The position numbers were made by a program, and so were the translations under genes. From assembly GCA_042408215.1 (NCBI GenBank), contig JAYFMW010000003.1, positions 352,001-416,000 of the forward strand: a stretch of DNA of 64,000 nt. The letters are read 5' to 3'. The stretch comes from Microcoleus sp. GTDB taxonomy: Bacteria > Cyanobacteriota > Cyanobacteriia > Cyanobacteriales > Microcoleaceae. Below the pieces are notes generated by a model. That model was given only the letters and a program-made list of their open reading frames with translations, was not told the origin of the DNA and did no database searches. This document shows, piece after piece, positions 33,200-43,142 of this stretch; the first letter of the stretch is position 1, and every line of letters starts with the position of its first letter.

Positions 33200-33391
33200 T
33201 TAAACTACCAAAAAGTTTAAAACAGCCACGGCAATAACTAGCAGAAACCAGAGACCAGAACCTGCGAAAATCAGTGTTTTAGACTGATTCCAGTTTTGGG
33301 GAGAAGCATAAGCAACTGGAACGCCGACCACCATAACAAAGGACAGCAGTACCAGACCCAGTAAAACCACTTGAAACAGAATTGATAACAT
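33200..33391 (-). CDS. psbZ: Photosystem II protein Z (start at MLSILFQ)
   Basis: [23 protein letters not shown] ribosome-binding site upstream. Confidence 0.93.
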   Translation of the reverse strand: MLSILFQVVLLGLVLLSFVMVVGVPVAYASPQNWNQSKTLIFAGSGLWFLLVIAVAVLNFLVV

Positions 33392-33486
33392 CTTTTCTCC
33401 TTTCGATATAACCGTGCGATAAAATTCGACTTGCCCGTGCAAATTCTCAATTGCGCGAACAGATGTCAGCGACACTTGAGATTTGT

Positions 33487-33705
33487 GTGACGTACTCCCA
33501 ACAGCAACCGCAAGCAGTATGCAGTGGGCTTCTTAAGAGTCCTGTTAAGGATATCAAAAGCTTCCTTCGAGGTACTACAAGTTATTTCCCTCTACAGCGT
33601 TTTATAGTGAGGAACACGTCCAGCCCCACTTGTTGAATACAAATCGCGCGTCTTTCATCCCAGACCAAATCAAAGATTATGGTCTGGGGATTCCCGTCTG
33701 CTTAG
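33487..33705 (-). mobile_element. Non-autonomous IS200/IS605-type mini-element with reRNA-like right end
   Basis: TTAG|CTAAGCAG left end with CCCAGACC/GGTCTGGG hairpin; GAAGCCCAC...GGGAGTACGTCAC right end. Confidence 0.65.
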
Positions 33706-33858
33706 CTAAATTTTACCATTGTTGGCCGCTGTGGCTGAAACTCGGATCAATACTAGACCAAGCTTGGGTTAAAGTGTGATTAGCTCGCCCGCTGTCAGTA
33801 GGCGAGAAATTGTACCTATCTCGGTGAGAGATGCGGGCTCTTTGGATATATATCGGCT

Positions 33859-36843
33859 ATGGATTTAGTTTTGTGTCACACAACAGCAGATTTTGACGCC
33901 TTGGGAGCGGCGGTGGGGCTTTGCGTGCTGCGCCCCGGTAGCAGGATCGTGCTGACTGGCGGATGTCACCCGACGGTGCGGGATTTTCTGGCGCTACATC
34001 GGGATGAGTATCCGCTAATTGAACGTCGATCGATCGATCCGCAACAAATTCGATCGCTCTGTATAGTTGATGCTGCTAGTCGCGATCGTTTGGGAAAAGT
34101 CGCCGCATGGCTAGACTTACCGCACCTGAAGGAAATTACTGTTTTCGATCACCACCTACAGGTGGTTTCAGATATCCGGGCGACTGTCACTCAAATCGAA
34201 GCTGTCGGAGCCACCACTACTTTAATCGTCGAAAAGCTCAGGGAAAAGATCGAAAATCAAGCCCCTCATAGCTCCCAAGAATTTCGCCTTCAGCCCTCAG
34301 AAGCAACAGTCATGGCTCTTGGTATCCACGTCGATACAGGTTCCCTTACCTTTGAGGGTTCAACCTCGCGAGATGCGATCGCATTGGCGTGGTTGATGGA
34401 ACAAGGAGCCAGTTTGCGTGTCATCGCTGAATATGTAGAACCCGGTTTGTCTGCTCAATTGCAGGATTTGCTCAAAGATGCTCTCCATAATTTGCGATCG
34501 TCCACTTTACACGGCTACACCATAGCCTCGGTGCTACTCACAACAGACTCCTACGTTCCAGGTTTATCTAGCCTCGCTGCTCGCTTAGTCGATTTCACAG
34601 AATCCGATGCTCTGCTATTAGGTAATGTTTATAAATTTAGCGACAAGGAAAACAGCCACAACATCGCTCCCGACTCCTCGCCATCCACATTTTCCAACCG
34701 CTTAACTATTATCGGTCGATCGCGCATTGAAGGAACCAACCTCAACGAACTGTTCAAACCCCTCGGCGGAGGAGGGCACAACCGCGCCGCCTCCCTCGCT
34801 GTGCGAGATGTTGACCCCCTGTTGACGTTAAATCAGTTAACTGAGGAGCTGACAGCTCAAATTCCCCATCCACCCACAGCCCGCGAGTTAATGTCATCCC
34901 CAGTGCGGAGTATTCGCCCGGAAACCTCCGTGGGAGAGGCTCACCGTATACTCCTACGTTATGGGCATTCGGGGCTGTCTGTGGTGGATGTGGGCGATCG
35001 GCTGGCAGGCATTATCTCGCGCCGCGACATAGACATTGCTCTGCACCACGGTTTCAGTCACGCCCCCGTCAAGGGTTACATGACTTGGCAACTTAAAACC
35101 ATTAGCCCGGATACTTTGCTGCCAGAAATTGAATCTTTAATGGTGACATACGATATCGGGCGCTTGCCGGTTTTGGAAAATGGGCAACTGGTGGGAATTG
35201 TGACTCGCACCGACGTATTACGGGAATTGCACCAGCAAAAAGCTAGGGAGAAAAATTCTGATAGGGACAGGCAAAATCAAGGAGAATTATCCTATTGTCA
35301 TCAGCCTGAATCGGTTGAGCAGTTGTTGCGATCGCGCATTAGCCCGGAAATTTGGCAGTTATTGTCTCAAGCAGCCAATATTGCACAGCAGCACGGCTGG
35401 CAATTATATATTGTCGGTGGAGCAGTGCGCGATTTATTGTTAACTCCCAATGATCCGCTGGAGCTAATGGATATCGATCTGGTAGTGGATGGCGATGGTC
35501 GATCGTCCGATCGGGGCGCAGGCGTCAACTTAGCCTCCGAGCTACAAAAACTATACCCCACATCGCGTTTAGACATTCACGGCCAATTCCAAACAGCCGC
35601 CCTTTTGTGGCACAAAGACTCCGTTTTCGGCTCCCTCTGGGTGGATATTGCGACGGCTCGCACCGAATTTTACCCCTATCCGGCCGCCAACCCCGAAGTT
35701 GAAGCCAGTTCGATTCGTCAAGATTTGTACCGCAGAGATTTTACAATTAATGCCCTCGCTGTGCGTTTAAGTGTGCCACGCAGTGGCGAATTATTAGATT
35801 TTTTTGGTGGTTTGGTGGATTTGGAAGCTCGGCAAATTCGAGTTTTGCACCCCAATAGTTTTATCGAAGATCCGACGCGAATTTATCGAGCTGTGCGGTT
35901 TGCTGTGCGGCTAGGATTTGCAATTGAGCCGCAGACGGAAGGATATATTCGCCACGCTTTATCCAGCGGGATTTATTACCGAATTCAGGGAGAAAACGGC
36001 CGCGCTCCCGCTTTGGAAACGCGCCTCAAAAGCGAATTGAAACACATTCTGCAAGCTCCTTACTGGAAAGTTGCTTTGCAAATGTTAGGAGATTTGCAGG
36101 CGTTGCGCTGCATTCATCCTAATTTGGATTTAAATCGAGAATTGTGGCTGCAACTGCGCTTGCTAGAGCATTTTTTGCAAGTCAGGAAGAAGCAGTCAGA
36201 AGTCAGAGGGAAGCAGTCAGAAGTCAGAGGGAAGAAGTCAGAGGAAAGAAGTCGGAGGGAAGCAGTCAAAGGGAAGCAGTCAGAAAAAGAAACTATGCCC
36301 AATGCCCCATGCCCCATTCCCAATTCCCAATTCCCAATTCCCAATTCCCAATTCCCAATTCCCCATGCCCAATTCCCCATGATTAATATTCCTGATTGGC
36401 AAATGCGAGTGGAAGTTCTAATCGCTTATTTAGCACCGGAATATCGGGGGAAAGTGGCTGCAAATCTGCAATTGCCGGCTGACAGCATTAAGCGGCTGCA
36501 AGAGTTGTCAGCCAGAAATAACGAGCTGTTAGAGCGTTTGCCCAAGTGCGAGTTACCGAGTCAATTGGTGCTATTGTTGAGGAATTACGAGTTGCCGATG
36601 TTAATTGCGATCGCCCTACAAAGTCCCCGAAGCGCCCGCCGGCAAATTTGGGAATTTTTCACCAAGTGGGTGAATGTTGAGCCGCCTTTAAATGGCAATG
36701 ATTTGAAGGCATTGGGCTACAAACCGGGGCCTGGGTTTAAACTCATGCTCGACGATTTGTTGGCGGCGACCTTGGATGGGCATTTGGGCGATCGTACTGA
36801 TGCCATCTCTTTCTTAGCAAAACATTATCCTCAAGGAAAATAG
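33859..36843 (+). CDS. DHH/CBS-domain tRNA nucleotidyltransferase (A-adding type)
   Basis: DFDALG, FDHH, GGGH, CBS pair, [30 protein letters not shown]. Confidence 0.88.
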   Translation: MDLVLCHTTADFDALGAAVGLCVLRPGSRIVLTGGCHPTVRDFLALHRDEYPLIERRSIDPQQIRSLCIVDAASRDRLGKVAAWLDLPHLKEITVFDHHLQVVSDIRATVTQIEAVGATTTLIVEKLREKIENQAPHSSQEFRLQPSEATVMALGIHVDTGSLTFEGSTSRDAIALAWLMEQGASLRVIAEYVEPGLSAQLQDLLKDALHNLRSSTLHGYTIASVLLTTDSYVPGLSSLAARLVDFTESDALLLGNVYKFSDKENSHNIAPDSSPSTFSNRLTIIGRSRIEGTNLNELFKPLGGGGHNRAASLAVRDVDPLLTLNQLTEELTAQIPHPPTARELMSSPVRSIRPETSVGEAHRILLRYGHSGLSVVDVGDRLAGIISRRDIDIALHHGFSHAPVKGYMTWQLKTISPDTLLPEIESLMVTYDIGRLPVLENGQLVGIVTRTDVLRELHQQKAREKNSDRDRQNQGELSYCHQPESVEQLLRSRISPEIWQLLSQAANIAQQHGWQLYIVGGAVRDLLLTPNDPLELMDIDLVVDGDGRSSDRGAGVNLASELQKLYPTSRLDIHGQFQTAALLWHKDSVFGSLWVDIATARTEFYPYPAANPEVEASSIRQDLYRRDFTINALAVRLSVPRSGELLDFFGGLVDLEARQIRVLHPNSFIEDPTRIYRAVRFAVRLGFAIEPQTEGYIRHALSSGIYYRIQGENGRAPALETRLKSELKHILQAPYWKVALQMLGDLQALRCIHPNLDLNRELWLQLRLLEHFLQVRKKQSEVRGKQSEVRGKKSEERSRREAVKGKQSEKETMPNAPCPIPNSQFPIPNSQFPIPHAQFPMINIPDWQMRVEVLIAYLAPEYRGKVAANLQLPADSIKRLQELSARNNELLERLPKCELPSQLVLLLRNYELPMLIAIALQSPRSARRQIWEFFTKWVNVEPPLNGNDLKALGYKPGPGFKLMLDDLLAATLDGHLGDRTDAISFLAKHYPQGK

Positions 36844-36888
36844 CTGTAAATCTTGCTGAATTCTTGCTCTTGTGAAATGTCGGTGATT

Positions 36889-37392
36889 CAAAGCCCGCAA
36901 AGCCGATCGCCAGTTATATATATTCCGAGAATTAAGGTGAAGAAAAAGCGCGCCCCTGGTTTAATCGCAATTGTCCTTTACAAAAGTTTTGTGGCTGCTC
37001 TTTTGGCTGTTACTTCCCTCGCTTTGCTGTTAGCCATGAAAAATCATCAATTGTTGGCAGATTTTTCTGAGTCTTATTTCTTAGAAACTAAACTCAAATT
37101 GATTTAAATTATCTTGGATAAAGTTCTCAAACTCAATCCAAAAACATTGATATTTAGCGGATTAGCTGCTGGACTTTATGGACTTTTAAATGCCATTGAA
37201 GCTGTTGGTTTGTGGTATGAAAAAGCCTCGGCAACCATCTTAGTTTTATGGCTGGTTGGCATCAGTATCCCGCCGGAAATCTTTGAATTAGTTGAGGGTG
37301 TAACTGTACTTAAGTTAGTGGTATTTATCGCCAATATAGCTGTATTCTGGTACTTGCTGCACCATTTGCCGAAGCACGGTAAGGGAGATTAA
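36889..37392 (+). pseudogene. DUF2127 membrane protein with in-frame TAA at 37105-37107 (start approximate)
   Basis: ORFs 36853-37107 and 37114-37392 are in the same frame; GL.AI..YK and E..GLW motifs. Confidence 0.65.
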
Positions 37393-37431
37393 AGTTCAGT
37401 ATTATTTTAGTTGACTTTTTGTGTGTACGAT

Positions 37432-38740
37432 CCGCTCTGAAAAACTTACCCAAAACCAGACAAACCCCGACAAACCGGAGATTAAATAGTTTTAGTGTTT
37501 TCTTCCTGCTTCTCACGGTCAGTAATCCGATCCCATCCACAGGCCGATCGCCCGTAAGCTACGGGCTGTACAAGGAAAGTTTTAAAACTCTTAAACCTTC
37601 GTGTTTTAAATTAACGGCGGCATTTTCATCTCTATCTTGGACATGACCACAGTTTTCACACTTATATACTCTATCAGCAAGAGTCAAATCTTGTTTATGT
37701 CCACAATTAGAACATGATTTAGAAGACGGATACCAGCGGTCAACTATTACTAAATGTGAACCATACAACTGGCATTTATATTCCAACTGTCTTCGGAATT
37801 CAAACAAACCTAAATCGGCTATAGCGCGAAGCTCATTTAGGGTTTTTCAGCATCCCTTTGACGTTTAAATCTTCAATACAGATCGCATCAAAAGTTTTGG
37901 CCAGCCATGTAGTCAATTTGTGCAAATAGTCTTTTCTGATATTCGCAACGTGCGAATGAAACCGTCCTAATTTAATCTTTGCTTCCTGATAAGATGCGGT
38001 TCCTTTTTGCTGGCGACTAAGTGACCGAGATAATTGTCTAAGTCTTCCTAGAGCCGCTTTCAGAGGTTTTATATTGGGGATAACTTGACCATTGCTCAAC
38101 GTAGCCAGTGATTTAATTCCCAGATCAACACCTACAACTTCGATTGGTTCTCTCATTGGCTGTGACGGTGTTTCTCTCTTGAAACTTACAAACCACTTAT
38201 CTGCTTTTTTACTAATGGTGAAACTTTTAACTTTTCCCAAAGCTGGTAATTTCTCAAAAGTTCTGACCTTACCAATATTAGGAATCTGTACCCAAGTAGA
38301 ACCCACAATTGTGGAACCATCACAAGTAAAAATATCGTGAAATCCTTTCTTTTTGAAGTTGGGAAATCCCTTTTCTGGTTGTTTAAAGAAATTGTTCAAA
38401 GCATCTCTAACATGGCGGGTCGCATAATTATGACATCCTTTCGACACTTCATAAGTCCAAGGTTTTTCTGATTTTACCTCAGCCGTAAATCGCTTATTCA
38501 GATCTATGGCCGTTGGTAATTTAATTTTGTTTTCTGGTTGAGTTTTATGATGTTCTAAGCTGGTAATTAAAATTTGAAGACCCCAATTGTAAGCATATCT
38601 AGCTACCCCTGCTGATTTAGCCAGCAAAGTACGTTGTTTATTGTTGGGGTTAAGTTCGGTTTTAAAACCTAGCAGCATTTTACGAACTGTCAAAGCGAAT
38701 GCTAATTTCAGTTTAATGATTATATCATGCTTTGTCAATC
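37432..38740 (-). mobile_element. IS607-type tnpB-only element; left boundary uncertain
   Basis: tnpB remnant plus right end ...GTAAGTTTTTCAGAGCGG; no serine recombinase ORF. Confidence 0.7.
37559..38678 (-). pseudogene. tnpB: TnpB RNA-guided nuclease disrupted by TGA plus frameshift near 37830
   Basis: MLLGFKTELNPN, GVDLGIK, IEDLNVKGM, then AIADLGLFEFRRQLEYK, SSKSCSNC, DRDENAAVNL in another frame. Confidence 0.88.
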
Positions 38741-39254
38741 AACTATAAATGTGTTCTCGTAGCTGGGTCGGAAAAAGTCCAGAATGTCTGGGTAATTTAC
38801 GTCCTGGACAATACCCTCTCGATCGACTCCAAGCTCAAGCTCGCCCTTCGGTCATCTCTATTACCACAACATACTCCACAAGTCAAGCTAAAACCTAAAT
38901 ATTTACAAAAACACTAGGCAATTGTAAAGATTTGCAAAATAAAAGAGGGGTGACACCCCCCATGCCCTATAGTGGTACACATAGATGCACCCTGATGACT
39001 TTCCCGCTCCACAAAAGCGGGATTTTTGTTGGAAAGCCACGGCGTTAAGTTCTCAAACACCCGCTACAGACAAAATTTCGTGTAACAGCTAAATAAACAT
39101 CACGAGAGATGCAAAGATATAGCAGAGCAAAAGCCAAAAGTAGGGCAAGGGAGCGATTCCCTTCGGGATAGCTTCGCAGATCGGGTACTTAGCCCTAACT
39201 CTGGGAAATAGCCCAAAGGCGGTAGCATAGTTTGGGATACGGCATCAAGAAAAG

Positions 39255-40826
39255 ATGAACTTAGCGCCAGCAACAGTCCTGCAACAGGGCAAATACACAA
39301 TTAACGGGACTTTAGGCATAGGAGGGTTCGGTATCACTTACCGAGCTATCCACACCCATTTAAACCAAACCGTCGTACTCAAAACCCTTAACGAAAGTCT
39401 GCGCCAACACCCAGAATCTGCGGAATTTCAGCGGCAATTTATAGCCGAAGCCCAACGCCTGTCTCGCTGTCAGCATTCCAACATCGTCAGAGCGATCGAC
39501 TTTTTTGCAGAAGCTGGACAGTCTTTTATCGCGATGGACTATATTCCCGGCCAAACTCTGGCGAGCATAGTCGAAGCTAGCGGGCCACTACCAGAAGCCC
39601 AAGCCCTACACTACATTCGGCAAATAGCCTCAGCGGTAAGTACAGTTCACCAGAGCGGGTTGCTGCACCGAGACATCCAGCCAGAAAATATGATCCGGCG
39701 AGCCGACACTCATATAGTAATGCTGATAGATTTTGGCATTGCTCGCGACTTTACGGCCCGCACGCAACAAACCCACAGGAACTTGCTTTCCCCGGGCTAC
39801 GCGCCGCTCGAACAATACCTCTCGGAGGCAAAATGTACTCCGGCGACAGATGTCTACGCGATCGCCGCAGTGCTGTACTACTTACTCTCTGGCGACCCAC
39901 CAATCGCAGCACCCCTGCGCGATCGCATTCCTCTGGTAAACTTGCGAAAATTTCAACCCAACCTCAGCCCCTCTGTTGAACGAGCAATTCTGTGGGGACT
40001 CGAAATCGACCCCAACAAACGGCCCCAGACCATCGAAAATTGGCTTACCATGCTGCAAGAAACAGAGCGAGTATCAGCAGATCGAAAAAGCAAGCAAAAT
40101 ATGCGATTACCCGCACCTCCGCCGCCAAAGTTGACTCTGCTGGCTTTTCTGGTAACGGCTGCAATTGCAGGCTGGATGGGTTTTGATTTGGCATGGCACT
40201 ACAACAGTACCAGCGCCAAGAGCGGCTCGCCAGAGACTGAATCCTTCCCATCTCTGGAAGATTTGCTCAAATCTCGCGAGTCGGGGCCGATGTTTGGGCA
40301 GCCCTCAGTCGAGAGCAGCCCTCTGGTGCCGATCGAACTTAACAAGCGCCCTAAACCCCAATTCGATAGCAGCAATACTCTACCGCCGATCGCACCCGCA
40401 GCAGCTAGCTCCGAACCTGAGCCATCCCCAAGCCCGGAAACTCCCACCCCAGAACCAGAACCCCAGCCTTCCTCATCCCCTACTTCAGAGCCTGAACCGC
40501 AGTCTTCGGCCTCTGACAACCCAGAGCCTCAAGCCGAAATCACGATCGCACCGGAAACAGCGCCGACATCAGTACCAGAAGTTGCACCACTGCCGGCAGA
40601 ACCGCCCCGCACCTCGCCCCCCGCACCCGCCCCACCTCTGGCAGAAGCGGCCCAAACCTCGTCGCCCCCTGAGCCCGAAGCCCAGACACCAGCTCTACCA
40701 GCCGAGGGATCGACTCAACCCCCGTTCCCGAGTCAGGGCGACAGCAATTCAGATAGTTCGATCGCCCCAGGGCCGTCGGCTGTTGCAGAACCAACAGTAC
40801 CTTTCCCAGAACCTGCTACCAATTAG
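39255..40826 (+). CDS. Membrane Ser/Thr protein kinase with Pro-rich C-terminus
   Basis: GIGGFG, VVLK, HRDIQPEN, DFG, GYAPLEQ, TM helix. Confidence 0.88.
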   Translation: MNLAPATVLQQGKYTINGTLGIGGFGITYRAIHTHLNQTVVLKTLNESLRQHPESAEFQRQFIAEAQRLSRCQHSNIVRAIDFFAEAGQSFIAMDYIPGQTLASIVEASGPLPEAQALHYIRQIASAVSTVHQSGLLHRDIQPENMIRRADTHIVMLIDFGIARDFTARTQQTHRNLLSPGYAPLEQYLSEAKCTPATDVYAIAAVLYYLLSGDPPIAAPLRDRIPLVNLRKFQPNLSPSVERAILWGLEIDPNKRPQTIENWLTMLQETERVSADRKSKQNMRLPAPPPPKLTLLAFLVTAAIAGWMGFDLAWHYNSTSAKSGSPETESFPSLEDLLKSRESGPMFGQPSVESSPLVPIELNKRPKPQFDSSNTLPPIAPAAASSEPEPSPSPETPTPEPEPQPSSSPTSEPEPQSSASDNPEPQAEITIAPETAPTSVPEVAPLPAEPPRTSPPAPAPPLAEAAQTSSPPEPEAQTPALPAEGSTQPPFPSQGDSNSDSSIAPGPSAVAEPTVPFPEPATN

Positions 40827-40853
40827 ACAAACAGACCTTCTACCGGAACGTCT

Positions 40854-41534
40854 CTACTCAGTCGCCGCCAGCAAATCCGGCCGGCGCGATCGAGTCCTTT
40901 CAATTTGCTGTGCTCTGCGCCAGCGAGCAATTTCCGCGTGATTACCAGACAACAACACATCAGGCACCTTCAAGCCCCGAAAATCCGCCGGTCGAGTATA
41001 CTGCGGATAATCCAGAAGTCCGTCCTCAAAACTTTCAAACTTCAGCGAATCTTCCTTCCCCACAGTTCCCCGCAGCAGCCGCAAAACCCCATTAATCAAA
41101 GCCAAAGCCGGAATTTCGCCCCCCGTGAGCACAAAATCGCCCAAAGACACCTCACGAGTCACTAAATGCAAGACTCGATCGTCCACACCCTCATAATGAC
41201 CGCAAATCAAAACCAACTGGTCGCACTCAGCAGCAAACCCCCGAAACATCGCCTGCTGCATCGGTTCTCCCTGGGGAGTCAGCAAAATCACCTCCCGGCG
41301 GGGCAGAACCGGTAGCGACTCCACCGCCGCAAAAATCGGTTCCGGTTTCATCAGCATCCCCACCCCGCCTCCATAGGGCTCGTCATCAACTCGGTGGTGC
41401 TTGTCTGTGGTAAAATCACGAGGATTGACAAAATTCACCTCAGCAATATTTTTAGCTAAGGCTTTGCCCATCAGTCCCGACCCCAGGGGAGCCAAGAAAA
41501 AGTCTGGAAATAGAGTAACAACGTCAAATCGCAC
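40854..41534 (-). CDS. trmD: tRNA (guanine37-N1)-methyltransferase
   Basis: VDDEPYGGG, CGHYEGVD, SLGDFVLTGGE, PQYTRP. Confidence 0.96.
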   Translation of the reverse strand: MRFDVVTLFPDFFLAPLGSGLMGKALAKNIAEVNFVNPRDFTTDKHHRVDDEPYGGGVGMLMKPEPIFAAVESLPVLPRREVILLTPQGEPMQQAMFRGFAAECDQLVLICGHYEGVDDRVLHLVTREVSLGDFVLTGGEIPALALINGVLRLLRGTVGKEDSLKFESFEDGLLDYPQYTRPADFRGLKVPDVLLSGNHAEIARWRRAQQIERTRSRRPDLLAATE

Positions 41535-41851
41535 AATACTTTGAATTTATTGATACATTGCCTCTAGTTTGACCTTGAGAGGGCGATCGGTTTTCGGTAA
41601 TTGCATTATTCTTGATTATTTCTTAAAATCTTTGCAACTCAAGTTTTCTTCCTTAGTCTGCGGGTCGGTTTTGTACAAAAATTATCTGTTGTCAGGAGAG
41701 TGGCTCTACTAAACTCGCCCCCAAATGACTGGGGCGATCGCGATCGTCACTCAAACCTCACTCGCACCAAAAAATATTCACCGGGAAAATCCCGATTGTA
41801 TCCACAGCCACGGCAAAATTGAATTTCACATCCAACAGAGGAAGACACACC

Positions 41852-42745
41852 ATGCAGCAGTTGACATCTCAAGCCCTTGAACAGAATATCCCCCAGCGTA
41901 CACAAACCTCGATTATGGTCATCGGGGGAGCCGAAGACAAAGTTCATGGACGGGAGATTCTGAACACCTTTTTTTGCCGTGCTGGGGGTACAGAATCTCG
42001 GCTGGCGATTATTCCCTGCGCTTCGCGAGATCCAGAAGGGATCAGCAGCCGCTACCGCACCATCTTTGAGGAAATGGGCGTCAGCGTTGTCAAAGTAGTT
42101 GACATCCGCGAACGCGAACAGGGCGAAAACCCCGTGTGGAAAGATTATTTAGAAGACTGTACAGGCGTATTCATCACAGGCGGCGACCAACTGCGGCTCT
42201 GCGGGTTGCTGGCGGATACCCCGCTGATGGAGAAAATTCGCAAATCAGCCCTCGAAGGCAAAATTACCCTCGCAGGCACCAGCGCCGGCGCTGCGGTGAT
42301 GGGATATCACATGATTGCAGGCGGCGGCAGTGGCGCGTCCCCGAACCGCTCTTTAGTAGATTTGGCAGACGGACTTAACATTATCCCTGAGATTATCGTA
42401 GACCAGCATTTTCACAACCGCAATCGCATGGCTCGCTTGCTCTCGGCTGTTGCATCACACCCGGATCTTCTGGCTCTTGGTATTGACGAAGACACCTGCG
42501 CCCTATTTGAAGGAGACGACACGATTAAAGTCCTCGGTAAAGGCTCAGTGACTATTGTCGATTCTAGGGAAATGCTTTATACCAACGAGCCTAGTGTAGG
42601 AGCGACAGAACCCTTGAGTCTGTTCAATCTGCGCCTGCACGTCCTGTGTCACGGAGATTGCTACAATATGCCCCTAGGTAAAGCCATGCCGTCTGCTGCC
42701 TGTTCCGAGTCTGGGTGGCCTCCTGAATGCCGCACGTCTAACTAA
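41852..42745 (+). CDS. cphB: Cyanophycinase
   Basis: IGGAEDK, TGGDQLRL, GTSAGA, DQHF; adjacent to cphA. Confidence 0.93.
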   Translation: MQQLTSQALEQNIPQRTQTSIMVIGGAEDKVHGREILNTFFCRAGGTESRLAIIPCASRDPEGISSRYRTIFEEMGVSVVKVVDIREREQGENPVWKDYLEDCTGVFITGGDQLRLCGLLADTPLMEKIRKSALEGKITLAGTSAGAAVMGYHMIAGGGSGASPNRSLVDLADGLNIIPEIIVDQHFHNRNRMARLLSAVASHPDLLALGIDEDTCALFEGDDTIKVLGKGSVTIVDSREMLYTNEPSVGATEPLSLFNLRLHVLCHGDCYNMPLGKAMPSAACSESGWPPECRTSN

Positions 42746-43142
42746 CACAGAACATCATCGTCATTAATCACCAGCCATCAGTCATTAGTTGCTAGCAAAC
42801 GATTGACAGCCAAGCTATTTGAGCAGCCCGAGGAGAGATTTTTAGTTGTGGCGATCGAAATTTTAGATCGTAGAAAAGCCGATATGAGATCTTGAGGTAC
42901 AAGCTGCCTGGTCGATCGCCGAATTAATCTAAAATCTAACATCTAAAATTGATTGACCCGCAGTTGCTCCTAGTTTATAACTGTGGCATCGACCCTAAAA
43001 TCTCAAATTGGGTGGCCCATAACTGGAAATTCAGGACAAAAATGTTCTCAGCGAACAGTTTGTTGGGTACTCAGGCTTGAAATTGAATGAATGCTCCAAT
43101 TACCAATAAGATTTCCGCGACCCATACCCATCTGTGAGTGCC

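Noticed and set aside
41798..41811. NtcA site before cphB
   Set aside because: Only a degenerate GTA-N8-CAC match; not supportable
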